DNA of 64,000 nt from Lama guanicoe (lineage: Eukaryota), in the NCBI GenBank assembly GCA_013239625.1, contig MU054001.1, positions 6,745,078 to 6,809,077 of the forward strand, written 5' to 3'. The translations under genes and the position numbers were made by a program. A model generated the notes under the pieces. That model saw only the letters and a list, made by a program, of their open reading frames with translations, was not told the origin of the DNA and searched no databases. Below, one piece after another: positions 50,826-62,539 of the stretch. Numbering within the stretch: the first letter of the stretch is position 1; each line of letters starts with the position of its first letter.

Positions 50826-52435
50826 ATCTCTTATGCCAAAGAGATCAAATGCATGTGGTTCAATTTCTAGACTCTATTCTGCTCTTAATAAACCATGGGA
50901 CCCTGTCTTACTGCTGTTTCCCCTTCTGTGAGCCCCATGCCTGGCCACAGCTGCCCAGCCAGTGCTGGAGGAATGACAGGCTGCATTAGCATCTCTATGA
51001 ATGTTGCCAAAACTTGTTAAGCTGCCTTGGTAGGCAGCTTAGATGAGATGATCAACTAAACTCCAGGCAAGTGTTTCTAAAAACCCAAAAGATTGTGTCA
51101 CTAGGATTAGGGTAGAGTAATAGCAACAACAAAAATAATAGCAAAATATTACACGGCGTTTATGCACAAGCCCATGTCTTTGTTGTCATGGCTCAGTTGT
51201 CACTGTGACAGCTGCGTTCCAAGTAGTTAGAGGTCAAGACAAGGAAGAAAAGGGACACAGGGCAGTTTTCTCCTAAGGAAAGTTCCCAGCAGCTGGCACA
51301 TGACATTACGTCCCATTAAATTTATGGCCACACAGAGCTGCAAGGGAGGCTGAGGAATGGAGGTTTGATTTACCCAGATCTTAACATCTCAGGTTTGGTT
51401 TTCTGTCATGTACAACCAAAAGAATCCTAACTTTTACACTCTATTTCCTGGAGTGGGGCTTTGACACCCAAGATGTATCATGATGCTGACCCAAAAGATT
51501 GGGGGCATTTTGTTTTAAAATTTTAGGTGGGAAATGGCAAATAGCAGCTTGCCTTAACCATAAAGGGAAAAGGGCCCACACGGTTCCTTTTGGGGAAGGA
51601 CACAACCCCATGTAAGCACCAAGGAGCCCAAATAATCCCAGTTCCTAATTGGTGCCAGTAGGTCAAGATGGACCTGCACCGAAAACAAATGTCCAGTTAC
51701 ACTAGATTTGTAAAAAGTGTTTTTTTTTAAATTGGACCTACCTCATAAAGACTCTAGTGTAACTGGACCCAAAGCATTTTTATTTCAGAAACTGTGTGAT
51801 TAAAAAAAGAAAGAAAAAAGGCTACTACTGACAAAAAAAAAAAAACTGTAATAACTAACCTGCATTCTTTGCCTAGCAGATTATGTTCAGAAATTTTGGG
51901 AAATAGTTCTCACTGCCTCTAAATGTCATTTTCATATTTCATCTAGCATACCAAGGACCTATTTTTCCCTTCAGTTTAAATATTTATTGAACATGGATCT
52001 CATATTAGTACTGCTCTAAAGGTTAATCAGATTGTCCAAGATAATCACAGAAAGTGGTCAACAAATGAAGCTACTTGTCATGAGCTGTGCCAAGTTACAC
52101 ACACACACACACACATCTCAACCACATAAAAATATTCTCAGGAAAGGACAGTAAGGAATGTTAGGTTTAATTAATTCTGATTGGAAGATTATAGGGGATT
52201 TTGAAATTTCTTCCTTGATTTTTAATTTCTAGTTTTCCCACATGAACATGTTTACTTTGATAATCAGAATTTTTTTGTTGTCTGGTGTACACTTTTGTGC
52301 TCTGACCAGTATCACTAGGATTATAGATGTTTTTAAAGTTTTGAAATTTAATATCTTCAAAAGGTCTTCAAAGTTATGCATTCAGAGCAAAGGCAGACAA
52401 AATGGGGGTGGAGACCGAAAAAAAGTCATGAGAGC

Positions 52436-52755
52436 CAGCCCTTAATATCCATAAATTGAACCAACCTCAGATCAAAAAAATTTTTTTTCAGAAAGTTCCA
52501 AAAAGCAAAAGGTGAATTTGCCACACTCAAGCAACTATTTACATAGGATTTACACTCTATTTATAAATATTCACATAACAGTTACATTGTAACAGGTTTT
52601 ATAAGTAATGCGGAGATGATTCAAAGTATAGGGGAGTTTGCCGGTTATATACAAATATTATACCATTTTATGTAAAGAACTTGAGCATCCTTGGATTTTG
52701 GTATCCTGAAGAATCCTGGGACTAATTCTTCCATGGGTACCAAGGGACGATTATG
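52436..52755. mobile_element. Tigger3-like TcMar DNA transposon derivative
   Basis: aagttccaaaaagcaaaa...ataagtaatgcggagatgattcaaagtata...ttgagcatccttggattttggtatcc...ggtaccaagggacga. Confidence 0.7.
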
Positions 52756-53741
52756 TCTTTTGGAGGGGAGGTGATAAATTCTTTTTTTAATTGAAATACA
52801 TTTGATTTAAATTATTATATTAGTTTCAGATATACAGCATACTGATTCAGTGTTTTTATAGATTATACTCCATTAAAAGTTATTACAAAACAATGTCTAT
52901 AATTCCCTGTGCTATACAATATATCCTTGTTGCTTATCTATTTTATAATAGGAGTTTGTGTCTCCTTTTTTTATTGAAGTGTAGTTGATTTACAGTGTTG
53001 TGTTAGTTTCAGGTGTACAGCAAAGTGATTCATGTATGTATTCTTTTTCAGATTCTTTTCCATTATAGGTTATTTCAAGATGCTGAAAATAGTTCCCTGT
53101 GCTAAACAGTAGGACATTGTTGTTTATTTTGTATATAGTAGTGTGTGTCTGCTAATCCCAAACTCCTAATTTATTGCTCCACCCTCCTTTTCCCTTTTGT
53201 AACCGTAAGTTCATTTTCTATGTCTGTAGTCTGTTTTGCAAATAAGTTCATTTGTGTCATTTTTTTAGATTCCACATACAAGTGATATCATGTGGTATTT
53301 GTCTGTGACTTACTTTACTTAGAATGATAATCTGTAGGTCCGTCTGTGTTGCTGCAAATGGCAGAATTTCACTCTTTTTTGTGGTTGAATAATATTCCAT
53401 TGTATATATACATATACATCTTTTTTATGGACACTTTGGTTGCTTCCAAGTCTTGGCTATTGTAAACAGTGCTGCTATAAGCAATGAGGTGCATGTACCT
53501 TTCCAAATTAGAGTTTCTGTCTTTTCCAGATATATGCCCAGGATTAGGATTGCTGAATCATATGGTATCTCAGTTTTTTAAGGAAGCTGCATACTGTTCT
53601 CTATAGTGGCTGCACCAATTTACATTCTGACCAGTAATGTAGGAAGGTTCCCTTTTCTCCATACTTTCTCCAGCATTTCTTATTTGTAGACCTTTTTGAT
53701 AGTGGTCATTCTGAGAGGTGTGAGGTGGATACCTCATTGTA

Positions 53742-53871
53742 GGTTTTTTTAAAAGCTCATTTAATGAATTAAAAAAAAAATTTTTCCCCCTTAACAGAGG
53801 CACTGTGTATTAAACCCAGGATCTCATGCACGCCAAGCATGCACTCTACCACTGAGCTATACTCTCTACCC
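53742..53871 (-). mobile_element. Camelid Vic-1-type SINE inserted in L1
   Basis: aaacccaggatctcatgcacgccaagcatgcactctaccactgagctatac; TSD acctcattgta (53731-53741 and 53872-53882). Confidence 0.9.
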
Positions 53872-54009
53872 ACCTCATTGTAATTTTGATTTGCATTTGT
53901 CTAATAATTAACAATGTTGAACATCTTTTCATGTACCTGTTGGCTGTCTGTATGTCTCCACTGAAGAAGCATTTATTTAGGTCTTTCATTCATTTTTTGA
54001 TTGTGTTGT

Positions 54010-54186
54010 TTTTCTTCCTTTTTTTTCTTTTTTTCTCCCTCCCCTTCTTTCTCTCTCTTTCTCTTTTTCTTGCTTTTTCTTTCTCTTTCTTTTTTCTCTT
54101 TCTTTCTTTCTTTTTCTTCCTTCCTTCCTCTTTCTTCCTTCCTTCCTCTTTCTTCCTTCCTTCCTTCCTTCCTTTCTTTCTTTATT

Positions 54187-54222
<36 letters not shown>

Positions 54223-54336
54223 TTTTTCTTTCTTTCTTTTTTTCTCTTCCTTCCTTCCTTCCTTTCTTTCTTTCTTTCTCTCCCTTTCTTTCTTTCTTTC
54301 TTTCTTTATTCTCTCTTTCTCTCTTCTTTCTTTCTC

Positions 54337-54412
<76 letters not shown>

Positions 54413-54436
54413 TTCTTTCTTTCTTTTCTTCTTTTG
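54010..54436. repeat. Compound (TTTC)n/(TTCC)n polypyrimidine microsatellite
   Basis: ~430 bp of almost pure C/T tetranucleotide repeats. Confidence 0.95.
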
Positions 54437-56245
54437 TTTGCTGTATAAACTGTTCGTATATTTTGGAAATTAAGCCCTTGGTTGCATCATTAGCAAATAT
54501 TTTCTTCCAACCTGTAGGTTGTCTTTTCATTCTGTTTATGGTTTCATTTGCTGTGCAAAGTCTTACAAGTTTGATTAGGTCCCATTTGTTTATTTTTGCT
54601 TTTATTTCTTTCTGTAAGAGACTGACCTAAGAAAACAATGCTGTGATTTATGTCAGAAAATGTTTCGCCTATGTTCTCTTCTAGGAGATCTGTGGTATTC
54701 TGTCTTATATTTAAGTCTTTAAGCCATTTTGAGTTTATTTTTGTGTATGGTATGAGGGAGTGTTCTTACTTCACTGATTTGCGTACGACTGTCCAGCTTT
54801 CTCAGTACCACCTGTGGAAGAGACTGTCTTCTCTCCATTGTGTATTCTTGCTTCCTTTGTTGAAGATTAATTGACCATAGTGTGTGGGTTTATTTCCGAG
54901 TTTCTATTCTGTTCCATTGATCCATATGTCTGTTTTTGTGCCAATATTACACTGTTTTGATTACTGTAGATTTATATATTGTTTCAAATTCTCCAGCTTT
55001 GTTCTTTTTCCTCAGGTTTGGTTTGGAGATACTGAGTCTTTTGTGGTTCTATAGAAAGTTTAGGATTATTTGTTCTAGTTGTGAGAAAAATGCCCTAGGT
55101 AATTTGATAGGGGTCACATTCAATCTATAGATTGCTTTGGGTAGCATGGCCATTTTAACAATATTAATTCTTCCAATCCAAGAACATGGGGTATCTTTCC
55201 ATTTCCTTGAATTATCTTCAATTTTCTTTATCAATGTTTAGTAGTTCTCAGGATATAACTCTTTCACCTCCTTGGTCAGGTTTATTTTTAGGTATTTTCT
55301 TTAGCATGATTTTAAGTGGGATTTTTTTTCTCTTTCTGATATTTCATTGTTAATGTAAAAAAAATGTAACAGATATTTGTATGTTAATCTTGTATTCTGA
55401 CACCTTGCTGAATTCATTTATCAGTTCTAATAGTTTTTGTGTGGAATCTTTGGGGTTTTCTATATAGGGTGTCATGTCATCTGCATATAATGACAGTTTT
55501 ACCTTTTCCTTTCCAATTTGGATGCCTTTTATTTCTTTTTCTTGCCTAACTGCTGTGCTAGTGCTTCCAATACTACGTTGGACAGAAGTGGTGAGAGGCG
55601 GCATCCTTGTCTCGTTCCACATTTTAGCAGGAAGGCTTTCAGCTTTTCACCTTTGAGAATTGTGCTGGCTGTGGGCTTGTCGTAAACAGCTTTTATTATA
55701 TTGAGATATGTTCCTTCTATACCCACTTTGGTGAGAGTTCTTATCGTGAATGGATTTTGAATTTTATCAAATGCTTTTTCTGCATCTATTGTGATGATCA
55801 TGTGATTTCTTTCCTTTCTTTTGTGGATGTGGTGTACCACATTGATTGATGATTTGTGTATGTTGAACCACCCTTGTGACCCTGGGATGAGTCCAACTTG
55901 ATGATGGTGTATGAGCCTTTTTATGTGTTGTTGGATTCTGTTTGCTAATATTTTGTTGATAGTTTTTGCATCTATGTTCATTAAAGATACTGGTCTGTAA
56001 TTTTCCTTTTTGGTAGTGTCTTTATCTGGTTTTAGTGTCAGGGTGATGGAGTACTTTGCATCTCTTAATCCTTTATCCCTGTCTTGTCCCTTACCCCTTC
56101 CCTCTCCCCTCTGGAAATCATTGATTTGTTTTTCATACCTATGAATCTGTTTCTGTTTTGCCATATAAATTCGTTTTATTTTTTTGGTTCCACGTGTAAG
56201 TAATATCATGTAGTATTTGTCTTTCTCTGACTAATTTTTTTAACC

Positions 56246-56550
56246 TTTCTTTTTTTTTCCTTTTTCAGTTTTATTAGGTAGAATTATTATAGTTCAACTG
56301 CACATATACAGTATATTGCATGTAAATACATATATAGTGTACTGCACATTTTTTAGTTTACATATGTGTACTGATCATTGTTTCTAAGAACAGATTAGAG
56401 CTTTAGCTTTTTAAACTTACATAGTTATCAAAGGAATAAAGCCAACTACAAAATAAGGATCAACAGAATGCAGTAATCCAATCATAAAGGACAGTGAAAT
56501 GTGCTTACACACATTCAAGAAACCAATCATCTAAGTTATAAATATTAAGT
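56246..56550 (-). pseudogene. Retrocopied mRNA-3'-UTR-like fragment with AATAAA and poly(A)
   Basis: T-tract at 56246-56265, TTTATT at 56270-56275, non-L1 AT-rich sequence fused to L1 at ~56551. Confidence 0.5.
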
Positions 56551-58975
56551 AGTTCACTTGTGTCCTTATTATTATTTTATTATTTTAGATTCCTCATATA
56601 AGTGATGTCATGTGACATTTTTCTTTCTCTTTCTGGCCCACTTCACTTAGAATGACGATCTTCAGGTCCATCTGTATTGCTGCAAATGGCATTATTTTAT
56701 TCTTTTTTAGGGTGAGTAGTGTTCCATTGTATATATGTACCACATCTTCTTTATCCAGTCATCTGTTGATGGACATTCAGGTTATTTCCATGTCTTGGCT
56801 ATTGTAAATAGTGCTGCTATGAACATTGGGGTGCAGGTGTCTTTTTGAATTTTATTTTTCTCCAGAAATATGCCCAGGAGTGGGATTGCTGGATCACATG
56901 GCAAGTCTATTTTCAGTTTTTTAAGGAACTTCCATACTGTCCTCCATAGTGGCTGCACCAATCTATACTCCCACCAGCAGTGTATTTAGAAGGAGGGTTC
57001 CCTTTTCTCCACACCCTCTCCAGCATCTATCATTTGTAAACTTTTCAATGATGTTCATTCTGGCTGATGTGAGGTGATATCTCATTGTAGTTTTGATCTG
57101 CATTTCTCGGACAATTAGCAATGCTGAGCATTTTTTCATGTGCCTATTGGCCATTTGTATGTCTTCATTGGAGGATTGCTTGTTTAGGTCTTCTGCCCAC
57201 TTTTGAGAGCTTGTTTAGAAGTTCTAGCAGGCAAGCATAGCTACTCATATACCCTTGACTGAGAAGAATGGTCCTCCTCTATCAGAGATGGTCGTCCTCT
57301 TTGACAGAGCATGCAGCTTTGGGAGGGACACACATGGGGCAGTGAGGGAGGAAGGGGACACCCTCCTAGCCAGCCAGATCTTGGCAATCAGTGGGGTGAC
57401 AGATGTCGCAGCCAGATCTCCCTCACATCCTTCTGCCCATTTCTGGATTGGGTTGCTTGTTTCTTTGATATTAAGGTGTATGAGCTGTTTGTATATTTTG
57501 GAAGTTAGTCCCTTATCGATCACATCATTTGCAAATATTTTCTCCCTTTCTGTAAGTTGTCTTTTCTTTTTGTTGATTGTATCCTTAGCTGTGCAAAAGC
57601 TTTTAAGTTTAATTAGATCCCATTTGTTTATTTTTGCATTTATTTCCAACACTCCAGCAGCTGGTTCCTTTAGGAGTTTTATAGTATCTGGTCTTACATT
57701 TAGGTCTTTAATCCATTTTGAGTTTATTTGGTACTTGGTGTTAGGGAATGTTCTAGTTTCAGTCTGTTACAGGCAGCTGTCCCGTTTCCCCAGCACCACT
57801 TATTGAGGAGACTGTCTTTTCTCCATTGTACATTGTATATTCTTGCCCCCTTTGTTGTAGACTAATTGACCATATGTGCATGGGTTTATTTCTGGACTTT
57901 CTATCCTGTTCCATTGATCTATGTGTCTTTGTGAAAGTACCATACTGTTTTGATTACTGTAGCTTTGTAGTATAGTCTGAAGACAAGGAGCATGATTCCC
58001 CTAGGTCCATTCTTCTTTTTCAAGATTGTTTCGGCTATTTGGGGTCTTTTGTGTTTCCATACAAATTTTTAACATTTTTTGTTCCAGCTCTGTGAAGAAT
58101 GTCATTGGTAGCTTGATAGGGACTGCACTGAATCTGTAAATTGCCTTGGGCAGTATGGCCATTTTAATATTGATTCTTCCAATCCAAGAACACGGTACAT
58201 CATCCCATGTGTTTATGTCATCTTCAGTTTCCTTCATCAGTGTCTTATAGTTTTCAGCATACAGGTCTTTTGCCTCCTTGGGTAGGTTTATTCCTAGGTA
58301 TTTTATTCTTTTTGGCATGATGATAAAAAATATCATTTCCTTAATTTCCCTTTCTGCTATTTCATTGTTAGTGTATAGAAATGCAAATGATTTCTGTATA
58401 TTAATTTTTTTTATCCTGCAACTTTACCATATTCATTGATGAGTTCTAGTAGTTTTCTGGCCAGTTCTTTATGGTTTTCTACATATAGTATCATGTCATC
58501 TGCAAACAGTGACAATTTTACTTCCTTGTTTCCAATTTGGATTCCTTTTATTTCTTTTTCTTCTCTGATTGCTATGGCTAAGGGTTCCAAAACTATGTTG
58601 AATAAAAGTGGTGAGGGTGGGCATTCTTGTCTTGTTCCTGATCTTAGAGGGAATGCTTTCAGCTTTTCCCTATTAAGTATGATGTTAGCTGTAGGTTTGT
58701 CATATATGGACATTATTATGTCGAGATATGTTCCATCTATGCCCACTTGCTGGAGAGTTTTAATCATAAATGGATGTTGAATTTTATCAAAAGCTTTTCA
58801 TGCATCTATTGAGAGTATCATATGGTTTTTATTTTTCAATTTGTTAATATGATGTATCATGTTGATTGATTTGCGTATATTGAAAAATCCCTGCATCCTT
58901 GGGATAAATCCGACTTGATCATGGTGTATGATCCTTTTAATGCATTGTTGGAGTTGATTTACTAGTATTTTGTTG
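56551..58975 (-). mobile_element. LINE-1 ORF2 remnant
   Basis: ORFs 58001-58767: [36 protein letters not shown]. Confidence 0.92.
57203..57430 (-). pseudogene. RN7SK: 3'-truncated 7SK snRNA retropseudogene
   Basis: Reverse complement starts GGATGTGAGGGAGATCTGGCTGCGACATCTGTCACCCC and ends ...AAACAAGCTCTCAA; TSD ttctgccca(c/t)tt on both sides. Confidence 0.95.
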
Positions 58976-58987
58976 AGGTCTCATTTG

Positions 58988-59647
58988 GAACCCTCTTATG
59001 CTGCTTGTGGGAATATAAATTGGTGCAGCCATTATGGAAAACAGTATGGAGTTTCCTTAAAAAGCTAAAAATAGATTTACCATATGATCCAACAATCCCA
59101 CTCCTGGGCATATATTTGGAGAAGATGAAAACTCTAATTTGAAGAGATATATGCACCTCAATGTTTATAGCAGCACTATTTACAATAGTCAAGACATGAA
59201 AACAAACCAAGTGTTCATTGACAGATGAATGGATAAAAAAGATGTGATATATACATATCACACACACAATGGAATATTATTCAGCCAGTAAAAAGAGTGA
59301 AAGTCTGCCATTTGCAGCAACATGGATAGACCTAGAGATTATCATATTAAGTGAAGTAAGTCAGACAGAGAAAGGCAAATAAATATATGATATCACTATA
59401 TGAGGAATCTAAAAAAAAATGACACAAATGAACTCACTTACAAAATAGCAACAGATTCAGACATAGAAAACAAACTTATGGTTACCAGGGGCAGGGAAAG
59501 TGTGGGGTGGAGGGATAAATTGGAACTTTGTGATTTGCAGATACATATTACTATATATAAAATAAACAACAAGGTCCTATTGTTTAGCACAGGGAACTAT
59601 ATGCAATACCTTGTAATAGCTTATAATGAAAAAGAGTATGAAAAGGA

Positions 59648-59678
<31 letters not shown>

Positions 59679-60670
59679 AATATATATGTGTGTATGTAAA
59701 TGAATCCCTATGCTATACACTAGAAATTAATATGACATTGTAAATCGACTATACTTCAGTTAAAAAAATTAGGTCCCATTTGTTTATTTTTGCTTTTAGT
59801 TCTTTTGCCTTAGGAGACTGATCCAAAAAAATATTGCTATGGTTTATGCTGAAGAGTGTTCTGCCTATGTTCTCTTCTGTAAGTTTTATGGTTTCAGGTC
59901 TTACATTTAGGTCTTGAATCCATTTTGAATTTATTTTTGTATATGGTGTGAGGAAATGTTCTAATCTCATTCTTTTACATGTAGCTGTACAATTTTCCTA
60001 GCACCCCTTATTGAAGAGACTGTCTTTTCCCCATTGTATATTCTTGATTCTATTTTGTAGATAGGTGTGTGGGTATCTTTTATGTTTTAAGTGAGAGAAT
60101 CAAGTGAGATTTGATTCTCAGTAGGAAACTGTAGCTGCCCCGTGCTTCTTAAGGAAGAGAGGGTGGGTACCTGGCAGTAAGTTTCATCTTCCTTTTTCTT
60201 GGGGGAAGTCTTCTAGAGTAGGGGCAGGATAAAAGCCAAAGGCAAGATATCCATCAACAGGTGACTGGATAAAGAAGTTCTGATATATTCGTACAATGGA
60301 ATACTACTCAGCCATAAAAAAGAATGAAATGCCATTTGCAGTAACATGGATTGATCTGCAGATTGTCGTTCTAAGTGAAGTATGTCAGAAAGGGAAAGAA
60401 AAATATCATATGATATCACTCATATGTGGAATCTTAAAAAAAGACACAAATGTACTTTTTTAAAAACAGAGACAGACTCGCAGATGCAGAAAACAATGTC
60501 TATGGTTACTGGAGGGGAGGTAGGAAGGAATAAATTGGGAGTTCGAGATTTGCAGATGCTAACTACTATGTGATGTATGTATATATGTTATTGAAACATT
60601 ATACTGTACACCAGAAATTGAAGTAGAGTCAGTTTACAATGTTGTGTCAATTTAAAAAAAAAGGGAAAAA
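58988..60670. mobile_element. Further L1 pieces: + strand 3' end 58988-59765, - strand ORF2 59768-60075, + strand 3' end 60235-60670
   Basis: L1 3' consensus motifs, A-tails, and the [21 protein letters not shown]. Confidence 0.85.
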
Positions 60671-61095
60671 AAGATATCTGGCAGACCTCAGAAGGCACTG
60701 CAGAAAGAGTAGAGGTGGGTAGAGGACACCGAACTAGGAAGAGAACTGCATCAGCCCCCACCCGTATACCTCACCCACCTACCGCCTTTAAGGCCAGCAC
60801 CACTGGGTGGATGGAATTAGAGTACTGAGCTATCTGGTGGCCATTCCATCTGTATGCTTTTTGAGGACAGTTACCGCATCTTATTCGCTTTTGACTCTCC
60901 ATTCCCTACAAGTCTGTGACTCATGCTGGGTCCTTATCGAACATTTGAAGGCTTTCTGGGTGTGATTACAGCAAACTCCATACCAAAAAGTAGTCTAGAG
61001 TATATAACTTTCTTAATCTTTATCTATTTAATAAACTCTTTGTATAATAAACTATACCAAGTTTGCTCCCTAGACGAAGAGATGTAAATGTTCCT

Positions 61096-61097
<2 letters not shown>

Positions 61098-61140
<43 letters not shown>

Positions 61141-61159
61141 CGCGCGCGCGCACGCGCGC
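61098..61159. repeat. (TG)~20 plus (GC)n alternating purine-pyrimidine tract
   Basis: Seen directly in the sequence. Confidence 0.95.
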
Positions 61160-61269
61160 AATCAGGGAAGATGCAGAGAGCATCTTCAGTCCCCTTGGTT
61201 ATTAACCAGTAATGACTCAACCTACCTTGAACACACCGTCTCATCCCCCGTCCGTCTCCAAAGAGTTCC

Positions 61270-61635
61270 CTGTGGTATATGAGGTTTGTAGGTGCAGTAC
61301 CACGTCCAGCCCTTTCCTATGGGAAACAGCTTCTCCTCCAATGGCCCCGATGGGGCTGGTGATTCTAGGCCCTTCCCTCCCTCCACTCATGCACAGGGCC
61401 AGCCAAAGGACTCTTCACATTGCCACGGAGACTGGTTCAGAGAAGGGCACATGGACCAAGGATGAGCACTCCCATGGGATTTTTCCATGTACAGCTGGAC
61501 GGACAGGCTTTGTACTAACAGTGCATGTAAGAACCAAAGTCAGCATCCCTCCAGGATTTCAATAAATTCCTCTTACATGAGGCACTAAATTCTCTTTTGC
61601 TTAAGCTACTTTGAGTAGGTTTCCCTATCTTCCAA
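61270..61635 (+). mobile_element. Old ERVL-type LTR (LTR16/LTR33-like)
   Basis: Ends ...taaattctcttttgcttaagctactttgagtaggtttccc... Confidence 0.45.
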
Positions 61636-62539
61636 CTGATAAAAAAAACCCTATATTTCTTTTCTTATTTTTCCAAGTTTTCTTTAATAAAGACAAAAGT
61701 TTCCATTTCAAGTGAGAAATAAAGGTTTGAATTCCAAAACTACACATCAAAATTGATGTGAATCTGGGAAAGCCTGGGGCAATGAATGAAATCCCTTGCA
61801 CAGGCAGCTTTCCTTTCCCCACGGACCCCACTGACCTCAGGCCTGCGATCTAGTCCTTGTTTCACTCCCACTAGGAAACCAAGATCTGTATTCATTTGAA
61901 CAACATTTTATTTCAGAGAATCCATGGTTTTCCCACCTCTGGCAACAAAATGCAGCTCAGGGTCCTTGGGGTTGACACCTAAAAAGAAATGGAAGCTGAA
62001 AAGCTGTGACTTTAGTTTGTAGTATTTGGGAGGAAGGAAGGAAGCAAGGGAGGGAAAAAGGAAAGGAGGGAGGGAGGCAGAGAGGCAGTGCTTTGAACAT
62101 TAAGTTACAAAGAATGAAGATGTAGGATCAGTGATGTCCACTTGATTTTTAGATTTAAACTACAAAGAGAGCTAAACAGTCACCATTTTGGACATATATT
62201 TTATTGTTTAGAAATTTCCACCAGAGTTATCATTAAGTACCTTTGTCAAGAGATGCCTATGAGAATCTAGATTGGAAAACAAGGACAGGCTGGCCTGTCA
62301 GCTCTTCCTGCAAATCCACAAACACTGGGACAACCAGCCTGGCCTCAGGGTACAAGGTGACAGACCGCCCAAGGTATTAAGCCCAGCATCCCCCACGTGC
62401 AGATCTAGATCTACAGCAGAAAACTTGACAGGTGTAGGTTTAAAGTGTGACCTCAAATGACAAACGACTTTCTCTGGCGGTGCCCCAACACGACACCTGG
62501 ATCTGCAGAAAATCAAATCGATCACGATCAGCTTTCTGA

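Larger units (their letters stand above)
52780..56230 (-). mobile_element. LINE-1 (ORF2 RT/C-terminal remnant, 52965-56050) nested in an older L1 3' UTR
   Basis: ORFs 55350-56209 give [36 protein letters not shown] and LYADDM. Confidence 0.92.

Noticed and set aside
53886..54630. 195-209-aa Phe/Leu/Ser-rich ORFs
   Set aside because: Translation of the (TTTC)n microsatellite inside an L1
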